A stretch of 64,000 nucleotides of DNA from an uncultured Planctomycetia bacterium (GTDB lineage: Bacteria > Omnitrophota > Gorgyraeia > B26-G9), in assembly GCA_964437495.1 (NCBI GenBank), contig CAYTGV010000007.1, positions 17,563-81,562 on the forward strand, in the 5' to 3' direction. The position numbers and the translations under genes were made by a program. The notes under the pieces are model-generated. The model was not told the DNA's origin and did not search any database. It saw nothing but the letters and a program-made list of their open reading frames with translations. Positions 54,829-64,000 of this stretch are shown piece after piece; positions within the stretch are counted from its first letter, which is position 1, and every line of letters begins with the position of its first letter.

Positions 54829-56505
54829 ATGCATTTGCGAGATCGAAAAATACAAACACTATTACTTTCATGCTTAATACTGTTTCATATTATAAATAAT
54901 GCCTCCTGGCTGTTCACCCACACCCCTAATTTTTATTGCCGCGGAAAGGCCTGGGAAGAACATCTCAATGGATATGCCTTATTAGTTAATAAAATACAGC
55001 ATGGCACAGAACACCACTCCTATAATCAAAATAAGTCCGCTTTATCAAATTTATTTTTTATCAACACCTTTTACCCGCCGCTGTATTATTATGCCGCGTT
55101 TTTTTTAAAAACTACCCTCGGATTTATTTCGCCTAAGATTATTATGCTAACATCAAGCATGTTTCTTGCTCTGCTTTTAATCTATTTATACAAGCTATCA
55201 GAACTGCTCTACCCAGGCAGCGGACTTTTCGCAGCATTTATATGCTCATTTCTTCCGGAGATATATGAGGCCGCCCGGGCCTTCAATCATGTAACCGCTG
55301 TATGCGCCATGGTCGTGGTAAACCTGTATTATTTACTTAAAACAGATGCCTTCAAGAACAGGCATTATTGCATAATGCTCGGAATATGTTTTGGCATCGC
55401 CATGCTTATTAAATATACTTTCTTTGTTTTTTTAGCCATACCGCTGGCTATAAGCACATATGAAGCAATCCTCTGGGGACAACAGGAAAAACAATACTGG
55501 ATACTAAAAAATATAGCTCTCTCAGCACTTACCGCCATCATCATTGCTGGACTATTTTATTTTAATCCGACTGTAATTAAAGACCTTATCACGCGGGCAT
55601 TTAATATGAACCGCTTTTCAATATCCCATATTGTGGGCAATCTAAACTTTTTAAATAGACTGGCTTTTTATATTGATTTCTTATATGCGCAATTTCTTAA
55701 AAATTCTGCGGGAGTTTTAATTATATTATCCGCTATAGTGTTTTTCATTAAAAAAAATCCCGGTAAAAAAATTCTTGGCTCAACCATTCTGGGGTCCCTT
55801 TTTCTAATTAGCCTGGTTCCGAAATACCCGCCTTTTCAAGAATACACCATGGCAATAATCCCTTTGCTTTCAATAGCCGCAAGTATCGGATTGTTAAACA
55901 TGCAGGCCCCCAGGCCTATTCTTAGAATAGCAAAAACAGGCATACTGTCATTGCTGCTTATTTTGCTGCCTTTTTTTTATTCTCTCAAAGCAGAAGGTTC
56001 TCCCGCCTTCTGCTTTGATGATAATTCCATAGATAAACTTTTCAAGAGTATCGGCAACGAACAAACTCCTATAGGTTATTTCGCAGATGAGTACCATTCA
56101 GTGGATTTTCTAAGCTTTGAAAAGTTCTTAGTACTTTGGAGTAAAAACAAGGCCCCGGTTAAGAATTTCTTCACTTCTCCTACTGATTTTTGTAAAAATT
56201 TCAATCACTTCCACACGCTAATATATCTCAGCAGCAATAAGCAGGACTGGCCAGAATTTCACAGCCTTATGCTAAGTGTAGAATCTTTTTGCCAAAAGAA
56301 CAGCATTAAACTGGTGTGGAACGAATCTCGCCCCGCAAAGTTTGATGGGAAAAATTTAATGCTATCCAAAAAACAGCTCAAAAAATTCCAAGATTCAAAA
56401 ATTGAATTCATCAAAACAGGCCAGGTGCGGTTTTTTAGAGAATACTCGCTTACCGGACCTTCAGTTGATGTATTTATCTATAAACGCATTCAGGGTCCTA
56501 ATTGA
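54829..56505 (+). CDS. GT-C/ArnT-like (family 39-like) membrane glycosyltransferase
   Basis: Multi-TM protein, YPPLYY, G.A.LIKYT. Confidence 0.7.
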   Translation: MHLRDRKIQTLLLSCLILFHIINNASWLFTHTPNFYCRGKAWEEHLNGYALLVNKIQHGTEHHSYNQNKSALSNLFFINTFYPPLYYYAAFFLKTTLGFISPKIIMLTSSMFLALLLIYLYKLSELLYPGSGLFAAFICSFLPEIYEAARAFNHVTAVCAMVVVNLYYLLKTDAFKNRHYCIMLGICFGIAMLIKYTFFVFLAIPLAISTYEAILWGQQEKQYWILKNIALSALTAIIIAGLFYFNPTVIKDLITRAFNMNRFSISHIVGNLNFLNRLAFYIDFLYAQFLKNSAGVLIILSAIVFFIKKNPGKKILGSTILGSLFLISLVPKYPPFQEYTMAIIPLLSIAASIGLLNMQAPRPILRIAKTGILSLLLILLPFFYSLKAEGSPAFCFDDNSIDKLFKSIGNEQTPIGYFADEYHSVDFLSFEKFLVLWSKNKAPVKNFFTSPTDFCKNFNHFHTLIYLSSNKQDWPEFHSLMLSVESFCQKNSIKLVWNESRPAKFDGKNLMLSKKQLKKFQDSKIEFIKTGQVRFFREYSLTGPSVDVFIYKRIQGPN

Positions 56506-56519
56506 TATATCGCTGTTTT

Positions 56520-57689
56520 TTAGCGGGGTTTGATCTGGCCAGTTTTAAAAAGCGCTACTTTTACAAAAAACGGCCCGATGATCTCATAGATTATCGTTGT
56601 TGCGGCTATTGTCGTGAATATTATACTTCCAAGTTCAGGAAAAACACTCTTGGAGATCAAGGCCATGCCAAGAGCTACGCCAGCCTGAGGCATTTGAGCA
56701 ATACCCATATATTTTTTTACATCAGTTCCAGCATGAGAAAAAATCGCCCCAAAATAAGTACCAATGCATTTTCCCATCACTCGCGCAACAAGATAGACTA
56801 CTCCGATAAGACCTACATGTTTGAGCACATCTATTTCCAGGTTCGCTCCGGCAAGGACAAAAAAGATAAGATATATCGGCCAATCAATTTCTTGCAATAC
56901 TTCAAAAAACCGAAAACTCTCTTTATCTATGTTCACAATAACAGTTGATAAAATCATACACGACAACAAGACAGATAAATGAAAATGCAAAGCAAGCCCG
57001 GCTGTAAAAAAAATCGTGCCTATTGTATATATCAAAAGATCCCTTTTACTGCGAATGTGATAGGCGAATGTGCAGAACATCCAGCCGATAATGCTGCCCA
57101 TAAATAAAGAAAGTGCTATTTCAAACATGGCACTTCCGATCACCTGCATCAGGCTTGTTACCTGATGAAAGTGTATCTTTTTGGCAAAAGCCAGACACAC
57201 TGAAAACACGATCAACCCCCAAGCATCATCAATAGCCACAACTCCCATCAGAATATCAGTGAATTTCCCCTTGGCTTTATATTGCCTGATAACCATTATC
57301 AAAGCCGCTGGAGCCGTTGCCGTAGCAACAGCGCCAAAAATAAGCGCCACATATAAAGGCAGTCCAATCATGAGTGTGCCCAACACGACAAAAAGCCATG
57401 CCCCGGAAGCAGCCAAGATAGATATCCAAAGAACTTGTTTCCCTATCTGCTTGAAAATTTGAAGCGAAAAATTCTGGCCAATACTAAAAGCGATCAGGCT
57501 TAGGGCAAAATTAGAAATAGTCCCGGAAGATTTTATAACACTTAGAGACACAAATCCAGCCACATATGGGCCGATCAGTATGCCCAGAACAAGATAGGCC
57601 GTGATTGCCGGAGTCTTGATCTTTTCAGCGACCTTTCCGGACAAGACCCCAAATAATAATACCAGGCTTATGCCGAGGATCAGATTCAT
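56520..57689 (-). CDS. Cation:proton antiporter (CPA2-like), copy 2
   Basis: About 12 TM, AYLVLGILIGP, ATATAPA, VAIDD, FFVLAGA, PQAGVALG. Confidence 0.9.
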   Translation of the reverse strand: MNLILGISLVLLFGVLSGKVAEKIKTPAITAYLVLGILIGPYVAGFVSLSVIKSSGTISNFALSLIAFSIGQNFSLQIFKQIGKQVLWISILAASGAWLFVVLGTLMIGLPLYVALIFGAVATATAPAALIMVIRQYKAKGKFTDILMGVVAIDDAWGLIVFSVCLAFAKKIHFHQVTSLMQVIGSAMFEIALSLFMGSIIGWMFCTFAYHIRSKRDLLIYTIGTIFFTAGLALHFHLSVLLSCMILSTVIVNIDKESFRFFEVLQEIDWPIYLIFFVLAGANLEIDVLKHVGLIGVVYLVARVMGKCIGTYFGAIFSHAGTDVKKYMGIAQMPQAGVALGMALISKSVFPELGSIIFTTIAATTIIYEIIGPFFVKVALFKTGQIKPR

Positions 57690-58163
57690 TTAAGCAAGTC
57701 CTCTTTCTTTAAAGACCTTCATGACAATATCAAAAACACTGATAAGCCCCACAAGCTTCTTATCTTTATCTATTACTGGTATTGCCTGGCGACTATGCAG
57801 CTGCATCAGGTCATAGGCTTTTTTAATATCTTCATCCTGCTCTATCTTTACTACCTTTTTATCCATAATATCCGCCACGATCACCAGCAACCCCATACCT
57901 TCTTCAATATCAACATCAAAGATATTTGCCGGCTCCCGGCTGATCATTGATAAGGGATTATGCATGAGCAGATCCTGATGATGCGGTTTAAATATATCAA
58001 AAAACGACTGGATACGTACTATCCCAAGCAGAGTATCATCATCATCTACTACCGGCACCGCAGGAAAACTATGAAACTTGCTGAATAACTCAAGTAATTG
58101 CGCAAGGGTCGTCCCTCGTTTAACAGAGATTACCTCGGTCTGCATATTGTTTTTTACCTGCAT
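57690..58163 (-). CDS. CBS-pair protein, copy 2
   Basis: VPVVD, ADIMD, IPVID, VGLISVFDI. Confidence 0.88.
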   Translation of the reverse strand: MQVKNNMQTEVISVKRGTTLAQLLELFSKFHSFPAVPVVDDDDTLLGIVRIQSFFDIFKPHHQDLLMHNPLSMISREPANIFDVDIEEGMGLLVIVADIMDKKVVKIEQDEDIKKAYDLMQLHSRQAIPVIDKDKKLVGLISVFDIVMKVFKERGLA

Positions 58164-58192
58164 ATTATCTCCCCCAAACAATAAGTGTTTTA

Positions 58193-59362
58193 TTAATTCG
58201 AATGAATCTGGTTAGTCTTATGTAAGGCTATTTTCACAAAATACGGACCAATGATTTCATAAATAACCGTAGTTGCGGCAACTGTGGTAAAGATAATGCT
58301 GCCGGCCTGAGGAAACTGTTCTTTGGCAATTAAAGCCATTCCCAGAGCAACTCCAGCCTGAGGGAAAAGCCCCAGGCTTAAATATTTTTTAATATCATCA
58401 TCTGACTTGGCAATAACAGCCCCTAGATAAGTACCGATAAACTTTCCCACCACACGAAAGATCAGATAAACTAAGCCAATAACTCCTATTTGCATCAAAA
58501 GATCTATTTCCAGACTAGCCCCAGCTAAGACAAAAAACACAAGATATATCGGCCAATCAACATGCCCTAATACATCAAAAAATTTAAAGCTTTCATTATT
58601 AAGGTTTACAACAACTGCAGCCAAAAACATACAGCTTAACAGCACGGAAGCATGAAAATGCAAGGCCAATCCGGTTGTCACAAAAATAAATCCCAGGGTA
58701 CAGATTAAAAGCTCGGTTTGGTTCTTCAACGCTCTTCCCGCGCGGCTTAGCATAAAGCCTAAAAGCCCGCCTAAAATAAATGCCTTGCCTATTTCCAGCA
58801 GCGAGCCTAACACAACATTAAACATGCTCGTAGAAAGATGTGCATACATTGCCTTGGCAATAGCCAGAGATATAGAAAAAATAATCAATCCCCAGGCATC
58901 ATCCAAAGCAACAACTCCCATAAGCACATCAACAAATTGACCTCTTGCCTTATATTCTCTGACAACCATAATAATTGCTGCCGGAGCACTGGCAGCAGCA
59001 ATAGCCCCGAATATAAGCGCCAGATATCCAGGAACCTTGAAACAAAGCAGCGCAATAACTGTTATAAGCCATGCGCCAACAGCCTCCATAATAGAGATCC
59101 AAAGCACCTGCTTGCCTACATTGCGAAAGGTGGCTTTTGAAAAATTCTGGCCAATACTAAAGGCAATCAGGCTTAGGGCAATCTGCGATATTGTCCCGGA
59201 TATTTTTATAATATTCATGGGCAAAATATTTAATACAAAAGGACCGATCAGTATGCCCAGAACAAGATAGGCCGTGATTGCCGGGGTCTTGACCTTTTCA
59301 GCAACCTTTCCGAACATCAGGCCAAAAATAAAAATTACACCAATTCCTAAAATAAAATTCAC
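58193..59362 (-). CDS. Cation:proton antiporter (CPA2-like), copy 1
   Basis: Same motifs and length (389 aa) as 56520-57689. Confidence 0.9.
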   Translation of the reverse strand: MNFILGIGVIFIFGLMFGKVAEKVKTPAITAYLVLGILIGPFVLNILPMNIIKISGTISQIALSLIAFSIGQNFSKATFRNVGKQVLWISIMEAVGAWLITVIALLCFKVPGYLALIFGAIAAASAPAAIIMVVREYKARGQFVDVLMGVVALDDAWGLIIFSISLAIAKAMYAHLSTSMFNVVLGSLLEIGKAFILGGLLGFMLSRAGRALKNQTELLICTLGFIFVTTGLALHFHASVLLSCMFLAAVVVNLNNESFKFFDVLGHVDWPIYLVFFVLAGASLEIDLLMQIGVIGLVYLIFRVVGKFIGTYLGAVIAKSDDDIKKYLSLGLFPQAGVALGMALIAKEQFPQAGSIIFTTVAATTVIYEIIGPYFVKIALHKTNQIHSN

Positions 59363-59836
59363 TTAAACAAGTCCTCTTTCTTTAAAGACCTTCATGACAA
59401 TATCAAAAACACTGATAAGCCCCACAAGTCTCTTATCTTTATCTATTACTGGTATTGACTGACGACTATGCAGCTGCATCAGATCATAGGCCTTTTTAAG
59501 ATCTTCATCCTGCCCGACCTTCACTATCTTTTTATCCATAATATCCGCCACGATCACCAGCAGCCCCATACCTTCTTCGATATCAACATCAAAGATATTT
59601 GCCGGCTCCCGGCTGATCATTGACAAGGGATTATGCATGAGCAGATCCTGATTATGCGGTTTAAATATATCAAAAAACGACTGGATATGTACTATCCCAA
59701 GCAGAGTATTATCATCATCTACTACCGGCACCACCGGAAAGCTATGAAACTTGCTGAATAACTCAAGTAATTGCGCAAGAGTTGTCCCTCGTTTAACAGA
59801 GATTACCTCGGCCTGCATATTGTTTTTTACCAGCAT
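59363..59836 (-). CDS. CBS-pair protein, copy 1
   Basis: Near-identical to 57690-58163. Confidence 0.88.
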   Translation of the reverse strand: MLVKNNMQAEVISVKRGTTLAQLLELFSKFHSFPVVPVVDDDNTLLGIVHIQSFFDIFKPHNQDLLMHNPLSMISREPANIFDVDIEEGMGLLVIVADIMDKKIVKVGQDEDLKKAYDLMQLHSRQSIPVIDKDKRLVGLISVFDIVMKVFKERGLV

Positions 59837-59923
59837 ATGAGCACCTTTCATTTTTATATTCAAACAAGAAAATAATTATAGTCTCTTACTATTATAAATG
59901 CAATTAAAAAAGAAAAGTTATCC

Positions 59924-60335
59924 TTAATATAATTTTTTCCTTACAACCCTAATTCCATGCTGATTCCCTGCGAGGTTAACCCGCTGCACTTGCTTTATAG
60001 CCTGGCTTTCCTGCGCCATAACGGCAAACCCTAGAGATTTTGCCCGCACTTGATTTATCGTCCCGTAAAAATATATTTGCTGCGTTCTATGGAGCATACC
60101 GCTTTTACGCAAAGTAACAACAAGGTTATGGTTTCTATCTAACTTCCATGTGCCGATAAATGCGATCTTCGGCGACCATGCATACTGCTATCTCCAGACT
60201 TTATGTGCAGACAGATTATACATAAGATTGTTTTTGCGGTCCACCGTGAAAAGTTCCCCGAACCGAGATTTTCTTTTTATCCCAGATACTGGACAGCTAA
60301 TTTTGCCTATCAATAGCATATTGATATTCAATCAT
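59924..60335 (-). pseudogene. Decayed gene remnant (two TAG stops and one frameshift)
   Basis: MIEYQYAIDRQN*LSSIWDKKKISVRGT / FTVDRKNNLMYNLSAHKVWR*QYAWSPKIAFIGTWKLDRNHNLVVTL...; recurring (I/V/L)DRxN motif. Confidence 0.6.
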
Positions 60336-60354
60336 AAGCTCTCTGCCGGGTTAA

Positions 60355-61044
60355 TCAGACATTAAAACGTATATCTAACATATCACCGCTTGTAATAACA
60401 TAGTCTTTATCTACCAGCCGAACAAAACCCTGTGTCCTTGCCTCCTGCATATTATGCACAGTATCAAAATCCCGAAAGTTTACGATTTCCGCTTTTATAA
60501 ATCCTCTGGCCAGGTCTGAATGGATCTTGCCTGCGCAAGTCACCGCATCCGAGCCTTTCTTAACCGGCCAGGACCGGACCTCCTGCTTGCCGGCTGTATA
60601 AAAAAACATCATTCCGGATTTATCAAAAGCCTTGGCAATCAAATCATTCACTTCTATAGCCCCCTCAACAACGATTGTCGGGGTTAAGCTCAAAGGCGCA
60701 AGTTCTTTTATTTTTACATATTCATCCGGAGTAAAATCAATATCACAAGCAGGGATTTCCTTTTCTAACTTCAGCTGGCATTTCTCTAATGCGGCTTTTT
60801 CTGCCATATCATTTGAGTTAGCTATACGATTATCAACCTTCTCCATGTCCATTATCAAAAAGTCAAGCAGCTTATCCCTAGAAACAACAATGCAGTCAGC
60901 ATTCATATAATCTTCTTTGATAAACTCCGCAAAAAAAGGCGATATTTTTTTTGGCGCAAATTTTTCTGTCAGCTTTATAATTATCGCATCATTGTATTTG
61001 GTTTTTCCTTCCGGCAAATCTACTCCTAAAAAACTAATCTTCAT
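60355..61044 (-). CDS. YchF C-terminal (DUF933/TGS) domain protein lacking the P-loop
   Basis: FFYTAGKQEVRSW, AGKIHSDLARGFIKAE, KDYVITSGD; only 229 aa, no GxxxxGKS. Confidence 0.85.
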   Translation of the reverse strand: MKISFLGVDLPEGKTKYNDAIIIKLTEKFAPKKISPFFAEFIKEDYMNADCIVVSRDKLLDFLIMDMEKVDNRIANSNDMAEKAALEKCQLKLEKEIPACDIDFTPDEYVKIKELAPLSLTPTIVVEGAIEVNDLIAKAFDKSGMMFFYTAGKQEVRSWPVKKGSDAVTCAGKIHSDLARGFIKAEIVNFRDFDTVHNMQEARTQGFVRLVDKDYVITSGDMLDIRFNV

Positions 61045-61085
61045 TCTTTTTTCTCTCCTTATTTAGCTGGCCTCTGCGGAGTGAA

Positions 61086-62336
61086 TCACTCTGGTTGCTT
61101 TTTACGCCAGAGAAATACCTTATCCTTTGGTTTTACTGTAAAGGGGAGTTTGATACCCGCAAGTTCCCCCTTGTTAATTTTATCGACAAATTCATGCCTT
61201 TGCTGCAACTCAACAGCAACAGTAAAGCTAGGCGGAGTACTCTTGCCGATAAATAAAATCTCCTGCCCCTTACGCAATGGCTTATTCTGCAAGCGAATTT
61301 CCGCAACATTGATTTTTTTAAAGAATTTAACAACTTCTCCTAAAAACACTTTTTCGTATGTGTTTTCAAGTTTAGTACTTATTGCATTCTGGGGTGCTCC
61401 AAAATAAAACCCGTTTGAAAACCCGCGATTAAATACTCTTTGCAGCTGCTCCTTAAGCTGTGCCTTTAAAACATCCGTAAGATTATCATTAAAATAAGCA
61501 TCTATTGCCGTGCGATATGCTTGAGTCACCACTTTCACATATTCCGGTGCGCGCCTCCGTCCTTCTATTTTAAATGCCTCTATCCCAGATTCGATTAATT
61601 CATCAATGAAATCTATGGTGCAAAGGTCTTTTGCACTCAACACATAATCTCTACCCAGTATATATTGGGCCTCTTCATCGGCGTCTTTTATTGAAAATTC
61701 TCTTCTGCAATATTGAAGACATTCTCCTTGATTAGCCGATTTCCCAGAGGAATAGCTTGAGAGAAAGCATCTGCCTGAAATACTAATGCACATAGCGCCA
61801 TGAATAAATGCCTCGATCTGACATTTTATATTTTGCTCCCTCTTTTTGCGTATAATTTTCTTTATATCAATAAGCGTACACTCACGTGCCAACACTGCCC
61901 GCTTAACCCCCAGCCTGGAAAAATTTTCAAGTGCCGCGCTATTAGATACGCTTGCCTGCGTAGAAAGATGTACCGGAAGTTTAAGCTTTTTTGCGATACT
62001 CATAACCGCCATATCCCACAAGATCACTCCATGTACTTTAGCCTGCTTTGCTTTTATAAGTATTGCCTCTGCTTTTTTCAGTTCATGTTCCATGATAATT
62101 ACATTAAGCGCCAGATACCCCTTTTTCTTATGCCCGGCCAAAAAGCGCATTATTTTTTTAAGCTCCATAGCATCAAAATTGCCGGCAAGATTCCGCATAT
62201 TCAGACCCTTAACGCCAAAATAGACACTATCTGCCCCTGCCTCTATGGCGCTGACAAGCCCGGCCCAGTCCCCGGCAGGGGCAATAAGCTCTGGCTTCTT
62301 TAATAGTTTATTTTGTTTGAATTTATTGTTTTTCAT
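61086..62336 (-). CDS. Peptidase U32 family protein (TrhP/RlhA-like RNA hydroxylation factor)
   Basis: PELIAPAG, GADSVYFG, HLSTQ, LARE, HGAMCISISGRC, NQGECLQYCR, KIEGR. Confidence 0.92.
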   Translation of the reverse strand: MKNNKFKQNKLLKKPELIAPAGDWAGLVSAIEAGADSVYFGVKGLNMRNLAGNFDAMELKKIMRFLAGHKKKGYLALNVIIMEHELKKAEAILIKAKQAKVHGVILWDMAVMSIAKKLKLPVHLSTQASVSNSAALENFSRLGVKRAVLARECTLIDIKKIIRKKREQNIKCQIEAFIHGAMCISISGRCFLSSYSSGKSANQGECLQYCRREFSIKDADEEAQYILGRDYVLSAKDLCTIDFIDELIESGIEAFKIEGRRRAPEYVKVVTQAYRTAIDAYFNDNLTDVLKAQLKEQLQRVFNRGFSNGFYFGAPQNAISTKLENTYEKVFLGEVVKFFKKINVAEIRLQNKPLRKGQEILFIGKSTPPSFTVAVELQQRHEFVDKINKGELAGIKLPFTVKPKDKVFLWRKKQPE

Positions 62337-62364
62337 ATATCGTTTGCCGGTTTTCCTACAAGAC

Positions 62365-63093
62365 TTATTTCTTTTCAGAGAGAACACATATTTTATTGCG
62401 TATATTTTCCAGTTTGCCGAAACAAATCAGTTTATCGCCTAAACCTATTTTCATCCGGGCCGAAGGATTCGGAATAATTTCCCCTGCTTTTTGTATAGCC
62501 AGCACAGTTATATCCGCATCCCGCAGCTGGGAGTTCATCAGCGTTGTATCTATTACAGGGCTGTCCTTGAATATTTCTATCTGAGAGATACCATACCCTC
62601 CTGTAGCCACCACCAGCTCTTCAAATGTTATGCGTTTTATAAGTTCATTTTTAATAAAACGCAGGCGCAAAAAATTTGTCATCTTTTTATCAAGCTGCGT
62701 ATATGTTGCAATACGATAACTTACGATTATAGCAATGATCACAATGCCTAGCTTTATCCATGGCTGCACAGATAACGGAAAAGCCGAGTTAAACAGTGAT
62801 ATAGTATAATCAGATGCAAACAGCTCCGGCCGCAACGAGTTAGCCAATGTAGCAATCAATGTAACAAACCCTGCATGCCCGAGAATAATAAGCGTCGAGG
62901 CTATACGCCTTCTCTGTTGATTATTAGTAACTAATTCAGATTCCCTTGTTGTAAAACCTGTTCCGGAAAAACAGGATAGAGCCTGAAAAGATGCCATTGA
63001 CCAATCAAGACCTGTAAGTTCAAATGCTATCGCACCCAGCCTGACCGCGATAAATGAGACAAACAACGCAATAAGAAATAACAAGACATTCAT
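62365..63093 (-). CDS. Membrane protein with pore-like GTGFTT segment and C-terminal RCK_C (TrkA_C) domain
   Basis: FQALSCFSGTGFTTRESE between TM helices; C-terminal ITVLAIQK...IPNP...GDKLICFG. Confidence 0.8.
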   Translation of the reverse strand: MNVLLFLIALFVSFIAVRLGAIAFELTGLDWSMASFQALSCFSGTGFTTRESELVTNNQQRRRIASTLIILGHAGFVTLIATLANSLRPELFASDYTISLFNSAFPLSVQPWIKLGIVIIAIIVSYRIATYTQLDKKMTNFLRLRFIKNELIKRITFEELVVATGGYGISQIEIFKDSPVIDTTLMNSQLRDADITVLAIQKAGEIIPNPSARMKIGLGDKLICFGKLENIRNKICVLSEKK

Positions 63094-63096
63094 TGA

Positions 63097-63312
63097 TTAC
63101 TCCTTTGTTAATGTTTTAATTGTTTTGTGTCTCAATAAAGCAGCGCTCCAACCGATAACTATACCGGTTACAAGCGTAAGAAATAATATAATCGCCCGGC
63201 TGGTAGTAAAGGCCCAGAATAAGAACTTGATTTCAACTGTTTCATAATTTTGCGCTACAAAAACAACTAATAAAAATAACACGCCAATTCTCAGCCAAAA
63301 TTTCCACTGCAT
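63097..63312 (-). CDS. LapA (DUF1049) family membrane protein
   Basis: VFVAQN...VEIKFLFW, two TM helices. Confidence 0.8.
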   Translation of the reverse strand: MQWKFWLRIGVLFLLVVFVAQNYETVEIKFLFWAFTTSRAIILFLTLVTGIVIGWSAALLRHKTIKTLTKE

Positions 63313-63329
63313 GCGTTACCTCCTGTAAA

Positions 63330-64000
63330 TTAGAATTTCTTTTTGAATTTTAGATATAATTTTTCTTCGCCTTCTTCGACCTGTTTGACTTCTTCTTCGA
63401 ACTGCTGTGTTTTTAACTGATTAAGCTGTTTTTCAGCATTAACAGATATTGAGTCTGTGAGCTTAACCTCGCCTTTAACAGTATGTGTAGTCGTATTATC
63501 AACATTTCCTTTGCAGTCTTCCTGCGGCGATTCCACCTCATACCCCAGCTTAATCTTATCTGAAAGCGAAGTATTAAGACCCATTGTATTAGTTTCATTG
63601 CGATAAATCAGCGATATATCGCTGATTCCAAAGCGTTTTGCGATCTTACTGCCTGTACCGGCAAAAAGAAAATAGTCCACAAAATCTTTGATCAAATCAG
63701 CAGACATCCTACCGCTTTGCAACGCACCCTGCGTACTGCCCCAGGCTCGCCCAGTAGCCAGCATAACCAATAATAGCTCCTGCGTCAAGGGAGGGTTTGA
63801 GCTTAATGTCAATTTAGGCTCATTTACGGTTCCCTGCAGTACCATGCTGATCGCCACATCCTCCACTTTTGCCACCCCCCGGATATTGAGTTTTGGTCTT
63901 TTCGGATCACCGACAAAAATTATCTTGCTCTCCTTTAGCTCTATCAACGCAGTTTTCCCTCCGGAAACCAGGCCTCCATGTAAAACAATTTCACCGTTCA
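63330..64000 (-). CDS. TamB/AsmA-like C-terminal region, 5' end off the window
   Basis: F.GDP..P.LNI, GTVNEPKLTLSSNPPLTQE.LL..L.TG; frame stays open to the window end. Confidence 0.75.
   Translation of the reverse strand, partial: NGEIVLHGGLVSGGKTALIELKESKIIFVGDPKRPKLNIRGVAKVEDVAISMVLQGTVNEPKLTLSSNPPLTQELLLVMLATGRAWGSTQGALQSGRMSADLIKDFVDYFLFAGTGSKIAKRFGISDISLIYRNETNTMGLNTSLSDKIKLGYEVESPQEDCKGNVDNTTTHTVKGEVKLTDSISVNAEKQLNQLKTQQFEEEVKQVEEGEEKLYLKFKKKF

Noticed and set aside
56502-56948. 148-aa plus-strand ORF after the glycosyltransferase
   Set aside because: It is antisense to the antiporter and has no recognisable motif; the other short ORFs overlapping real genes were rejected on the same grounds.
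59940-60270. c-di-AMP (ydaO) riboswitch upstream of the CBS/antiporter genes, suggested by CGGGGAAC and TAACCTCGCAGG on the minus strand
   Set aside because: The two motifs are about 280 nt apart, the other conserved elements are missing, and the region reads better as a decayed coding sequence.
60188-60299. TAG recoding (pyrrolysine or alternative genetic code)
   Set aside because: A frameshift is also needed, and TAG is a normal stop in tuf, rpmJ and rpsN here.

Overview
Low-GC bacterial chromosomal window, almost entirely coding on the minus strand. The centre (about 15.7-49.2 kb) is one contiguous translation/transcription gene block: tRNA-Thr, tuf, rpmG, tRNA-Trp, secE, nusG, rplKAJL, rpoBC, rpsL, rpsG, fusA, a second tuf that looks identical to the first, then the S10, spc and alpha clusters without rpmD/L30, running into aspC. 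mdh, apbE and aconitase follow. The left flank holds tmk-holB-yaaT-metG-tatD-DUF362-diguanylate cyclase, nikR, nfu, trpB2 and a stand-alone DEDDy exonuclease. The right flank holds a receiver protein, DUF192, a thioredoxin lipoprotein, an SPFH pair, CBS proteins, a duplicated CBS/CPA2-antiporter unit, a YchF homologue lacking its P-loop, a U32 protein, a K-channel-like RCK_C protein and a partial TamB. A diderm PVC-group anaerobe (Omnitrophota-like) is my inference and is not verified. I found no rRNA, CRISPR array, transposase or prophage. The most unusual signals are non-coding: a roughly 300-nt, 11-helix branched element upstream of the exonuclease; a 117-nt branched hairpin that forms the whole predicted tmk leader; and a family of CCCGC/GCGGG hairpins in ribosomal-operon spacers. 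I also found a decayed pseudogene and an unannotated, probably leaderless 57-aa membrane protein.
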